From contig CAWDXG010000001.1 in NCBI GenBank assembly GCA_963806225.1, forward strand, positions 1,088,001 to 1,152,000: a stretch of DNA of 64,000 bases, in the 5' to 3' direction. Of this stretch, positions 60,152-64,000 are shown piece after piece (position 1 is the stretch's first letter; each line of letters begins with the position of its first letter). The DNA comes from an uncultured delta proteobacterium. GTDB lineage: Bacteria; Myxococcota_A; Polyangia; Polyangiales; Polyangiaceae. Made by a program: the position numbers and the translations under genes. The notes beneath the pieces are model-generated. The model did not search any database and was not told the DNA's origin. It was given only the letters and a program-made list of their open reading frames with translations.

Positions 60152-62665
60152 CTAACGTGCGCCTTCGAGGCGGCCGGCACGAACGCCGTCAGGCATATCT
60201 GCACGGTCGGTCGGTTCTGGCGGATCGAGAATCCGGTATGCGAGCAGCTTCACGCGGTCATTCAGGACAAACCACGCCAGCGCGTAGCCCCACACGAACA
60301 GCGCCCAACCCCACCCGAGCGGCGTCATGAACAGCCCATAGACCGCGATCAGAGTCGCCACGGCCTGCGTACCGAGCACGGCGACCCACAGGACGCGCGC
60401 GGGGCGTATCGACCAGAACGGACCGCGCGTGCGCGTGAGGAAGATCGTCAGATGTCCGGCCACCGATAGCTTCAGGTACATGAGCGTCTGGATGTGCGCG
60501 CGGTCGAGATGAAAGACGCGCTCGCCCAGATAGAACAGGCCGAAGGCGGAGACGACGCCGATGACGCCGAGCACCGTGGCGATCCCCAGCACCACGCGCA
60601 TGTTCCAGGCCTCGGGCTGATCCTTGTAGTGGACCTTGTCGTAGGCGATGCTCAGGATGGCGCCGTCGTTGAGCAACGCGAGCATCACGATCATGACCGC
60701 GGTCAGCGGATAGAAGTTGAAGATCAGGATCGCCAGCGTCATGAAGCAGAGCACGCGCAGCGTCTCGGCGATGCGGTAGATCGCGTAGCTGTTCATCCGC
60801 TGGAAGATCTTCCGGCTCTCCTTGATCGCGTCGATGATCACGGACAGACCCGGTGTCATCAGCACCATGGCCGCCGCAGCGCGCGCGGCGTCCGTCGCGC
60901 CGGAGACGGCGATGCCACAGTCCGCCTTCTTCAGCGCGGGGGCGTCGTTGACGCCGTCGCCGGTCATGCCGACGATGTGACCGCGCTTCTGCAGTGCCTC
61001 GATGATGTGGAACTTGTGTTCGGGAAACACCTGGGCGAAGCCATCCGCGTTCTCGATCGACTCGCCGAGCTGGGCCGTCTCGTGATGCTTCGCGTCGCCG
61101 AAGCCGCTGGCATCGAGGATGTTCGTGCCCAGCCCCAGCTTCTTTGCGGTTTCCTGGGCGATGGCCAGCTGATCGCCCGTCACCATCTTGATGCTCACGC
61201 CCATCCGACGGGCTGTCGCGATGGTCTCCTCGGCCTCTTCCCGGGGCGGGTCGAATAGCGGCAACACGCCCACAAACTGCCATGCGCCTTGCGCGTCCGT
61301 CCGGGCCACGCCCAGCGAGCGGAAGCCACGCGCCGCGAATCCGCCGACGGCCTTGTCGACGGCCGCCTGCACCTGTCCGGCATTGGCCGATAGCGCGAGG
61401 ATCACCTGCGGTGCGCCCTTCGTTGCCTTGAACGTCCCGCCGTCAGGGGCGTGGATGGTGGCCTCGGTGCGTTTGTGCACCGGGTCGAAGGGTTGGAAGT
61501 GGACCACCTCGTAGTTCTGCAACGCCTGGTCGTTTGGCAAGCCGCCCAGCACGGCCTGGTCGATGGTGTCCTTGTCGTCCGCGCGCGACGCCAGTGCGGC
61601 GTCGCGGATGACTTGATCGACGGGCGTGTCGTTCGCGCTGAACGGTTCGCCCAGCGTCAGCTTGTTCTGCGTGAGCGTGCCGGTCTTGTCGGCGCACAGC
61701 ACGTCCACGCCCGCCAGTTCCTCGATGGCGGCGAGCCGTGTCACGATGGCTTCTTTTCTCGCCAGCAGGCGCGCGCCGACCGCCATCGTGACGGATAGCA
61801 CCGTCGGCATCGCCACGGGGATGGCCGCGACGGTCAGCACCAGCGCGAACTGCAGCGTGGTGAGGATGCGGTCGCCGCGGAAGATCGCGACGGCGATGAT
61901 CACCGCGACCAGGACCGCCGCCAGGATGATCAGGTAGTTGCCGATCTTCAGTACAGCGCGTTGAAAGTGGCTGACATTGCGCGCCTCCTGCACCAGCTCT
62001 GCGGTCTTGCCGAAGAAGGTGGCGCCGCCCGTGGCATAGACGAGCGCGCCGACTTCACCCTGACGGACGATCGAACCGGAGTAGACCGCCTCGCCCGGCT
62101 TTCGCGTGGCGGGCAGGGACTCGCCCGTCAACGCGGACTGGTCCACCTCTATCGGATCGCCCTCCAGCAAGCGGGCGTCGGCTGGCACGATGTCGCCCAG
62201 GCGCACGCGGATGACGTCGCCCGGTACCAGCTCGCGCGCCGCCGGAGTGATCCACTTGCCGTCGCGCTTCACCCTGGCGGTGATCGCCAGCTTGGCCTTG
62301 AGCGCGGCGATGGCGTTGCCGGCCTGGTGTTCTTCCCAGAATCCGACCCCGGCGTTGGCCAGCAGCAAGAGCAGGATGATCGCAAAGTCCGGCCAGTGCC
62401 GGGCCACCGCCGACAGCACCACGGCGGCTTCGATCATCCACGGAATGGGTCCCCAGAAGTAGGTGAGGAACTTCAGGAAAGCATTGGTCTTCTTGTCTTG
62501 TAGTTGGTTCGGCCCGTACTGGAGCAGGCGCTTTTCCGCTTCGGCTTGGCCGAGGCCGTCCGGCGACGACCCCAGCCGTGACTGGAGCTCGGCCATCGGA
62601 AGGGACTCGAGATCGACCTTTGCGCCCGGTTTCGAGCCGGGCGCTCCCGGACTCGCGGTGCGCAT
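60152..62665 (-). CDS. Plasma-membrane proton-efflux P-type ATPase (P3A)
   Basis: FWGPIPWMIE, DQSALTGES, IPVAMP, DKTGTLT, KGAPQ, FDPPR, TGDGVNDAPALK, YAIYRIAET, LLNDG. Confidence 0.93.
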   Translation of the reverse strand: MRTASPGAPGSKPGAKVDLESLPMAELQSRLGSSPDGLGQAEAEKRLLQYGPNQLQDKKTNAFLKFLTYFWGPIPWMIEAAVVLSAVARHWPDFAIILLLLLANAGVGFWEEHQAGNAIAALKAKLAITARVKRDGKWITPAARELVPGDVIRVRLGDIVPADARLLEGDPIEVDQSALTGESLPATRKPGEAVYSGSIVRQGEVGALVYATGGATFFGKTAELVQEARNVSHFQRAVLKIGNYLIILAAVLVAVIIAVAIFRGDRILTTLQFALVLTVAAIPVAMPTVLSVTMAVGARLLARKEAIVTRLAAIEELAGVDVLCADKTGTLTQNKLTLGEPFSANDTPVDQVIRDAALASRADDKDTIDQAVLGGLPNDQALQNYEVVHFQPFDPVHKRTEATIHAPDGGTFKATKGAPQVILALSANAGQVQAAVDKAVGGFAARGFRSLGVARTDAQGAWQFVGVLPLFDPPREEAEETIATARRMGVSIKMVTGDQLAIAQETAKKLGLGTNILDASGFGDAKHHETAQLGESIENADGFAQVFPEHKFHIIEALQKRGHIVGMTGDGVNDAPALKKADCGIAVSGATDAARAAAAMVLMTPGLSVIIDAIKESRKIFQRMNSYAIYRIAETLRVLCFMTLAILIFNFYPLTAVMIVMLALLNDGAILSIAYDKVHYKDQPEAWNMRVVLGIATVLGVIGVVSAFGLFYLGERVFHLDRAHIQTLMYLKLSVAGHLTIFLTRTRGPFWSIRPARVLWVAVLGTQAVATLIAVYGLFMTPLGWGWALFVWGYALAWFVLNDRVKLLAYRILDPPEPTDRADMPDGVRAGRLEGAR

Positions 62666-62680
62666 CGCGACCGACGGGGT

Positions 62681-62696
62681 AGCAAGGCTCGTGCCC
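62681..62696 (-). promoter_or_regulatory. Sigma-54 promoter candidate for the P3A ATPase
   Basis: Minus strand reads GGGCACGAGCCTTGCT; predicted start about 62670, supporting the ATG at 62665. Confidence 0.55.
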
Positions 62697-62792
62697 GCCT
62701 TGGCCGCGCCCGCCCGCCTTCCACCGCGCAAAGTGATCGCGTGTCTCGTGCGTCAGGGGCTGAGCAACACCCTTTCCCCCGGCGGCCGGGCA

Positions 62793-64000
62793 GTGTCCAC
62801 TGCTCCCAGGTTGACCAAAGTCCGCACGCCCAAGCGCTATGGCACGATGGCCGGCGTCTTCACGCCGACGCTGCTGACCATTCTGGGCGTCATCATGTAC
62901 CTGCGCCTGCCCTGGGTGGTGGGCAATGGCGGGCTGCTCGGCGCAGGTCTGGTCATGCTGCTTGCGATTGGCATCGCCGTGACGACCGGGCTGTCGCTGT
63001 CTTCGATAGCGACCAACACGCGGCTCGGCGCGGGTGGACCGTACGCCATCATCTCCAAGTCTCTAGGGCTCGAGATAGGCGGCAGCGTCGGGGTGCCTCT
63101 GTACCTGTCCCAGGCGCTGGCAGTGGCCATGTACATCTTCGGTTTTCGCGAGGGATGGAACTGGATATTCCCGCACCACAATCCGCTGCTGGTGGATCTC
63201 GCGACCTTCGCCGTTGTCTTCGTCGTCGCGTTCGTGAGCGCGGAGCTGGCATTCAGGATCCAGTACCTGGTCATGATCGTGATCCTGGTATCGCTGGTCG
63301 CGATCATCGGCAACGTCAACGTTTGGACCCACGGTCACAAGCTCGTGCTGTGGGGAAGCTTCCGCGGCTCACCGGAAAACGGCTTTTCGGGCACACACTT
63401 CTGGACGCTGTTCGCGGTGTTTTTTCCGGCCTCCACCGGCATCATGGCCGGCGCCAACATGAGTGGCGAGCTGGAGAACCCGCGCAAGAGCATTCCGCGC
63501 GGAACACTGGGCGCCCTCGCCATCAGCACCGTCGTCTACGTTGTCCTGGCCGTCTGGTCGGCGCGGGCGGGCAGCGTGGAAGAGCTCACCGGCAACTATA
63601 CGATCATGATCGACAAGTCGCTCTACGGCCCCGCGGTGCTCGCGGGGCTGCTCGGGGCGACGTTCTCGTCGGCGCTCGCTTCTCTCGTGGGCGCTCCGCG
63701 CATCCTGCTAGCCTTGACCCGGGACGGGCTGGTGCCGAAGGGAGAGGGGCTGGCCAAGGTGGGCAAGAGCGGCGAGCCGCGCCGCGGCATGCTGCTGACC
63801 GGGGCGATCGTGCTCGCGGCGTTGATGCTGAGGAACCTGAACGCCATCGCGCCGCTGATCTCGGGCTTCTTCCTGATTACCTACGCGGTCATCAACCTGG
63901 TCATGCTGATCGAGTCCAGCCTGGGCCTGGTCAGCTTCCGCCCCACGCTACGCCTGCCGATCTGGGTGCCCTTGCTGGGTACCGTGGGCTGCCTGTTTGC
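62793..64000 (+). CDS. Cation-chloride cotransporter (SLC12-like) / amino-acid permease family; partial, runs off the right edge
   Basis: Translated by eye (absent from the ORF track): GVFTPTLLTILGVIMYLRLPWVVG, SSIATN...GGPYAIISKSLG, FAVFFPASTGIMAGANMSGEL. Confidence 0.88.
   Translation, partial: MSTAPRLTKVRTPKRYGTMAGVFTPTLLTILGVIMYLRLPWVVGNGGLLGAGLVMLLAIGIAVTTGLSLSSIATNTRLGAGGPYAIISKSLGLEIGGSVGVPLYLSQALAVAMYIFGFREGWNWIFPHHNPLLVDLATFAVVFVVAFVSAELAFRIQYLVMIVILVSLVAIIGNVNVWTHGHKLVLWGSFRGSPENGFSGTHFWTLFAVFFPASTGIMAGANMSGELENPRKSIPRGTLGALAISTVVYVVLAVWSARAGSVEELTGNYTIMIDKSLYGPAVLAGLLGATFSSALASLVGAPRILLALTRDGLVPKGEGLAKVGKSGEPRRGMLLTGAIVLAALMLRNLNAIAPLISGFFLITYAVINLVMLIESSLGLVSFRPTLRLPIWVPLLGTVGCLF

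Overview
High-GC bacterial chromosome segment, most likely Myxococcota/Polyangia-like. This is inferred from a MYXO-CTERM-type sorting tail, many Gly- and Cys-rich lipoproteins and a kinase-TPR-lipoprotein cassette. Layout: (1) 1-~295 is a non-coding, highly base-paired element read on the minus strand from a sigma-54-type promoter and running off the left edge, divergent from an HPF/RaiA-cold-shock gene; this is the best candidate for an undescribed system. (2) 0.5-25 kb holds stress, housekeeping and secreted-protein genes (HPF-CSD, CBS, PfkA, HtrA, FAD monooxygenase, B12 radical SAM, PurL, GH5 cellulase, SDR, a pseudophosphatase, TlpA). (3) 25-37 kb is an accessory region of Cys-rich lipoproteins, a serpin remnant, a PD-(D/E)XK nuclease-like gene, an HNH endonuclease and an IS481 remnant. 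(4) 37.8-64 kb is an apparent osmotic/acid-stress block (cyclic beta-1,2-glucan synthase coupled to a tandem USP, CheB-CheR hybrid kinase, HpnP-like radical SAM, PP2C, PAS kinase, P3A H+-ATPase, cation-chloride cotransporter) interleaved with internally deleted gene remnants. Several single-base indels, including compensating ones inside purL, suggest consensus errors in the assembly. No tRNA, rRNA or CRISPR array was seen. All calls come from reading motifs by eye; no searches were run.
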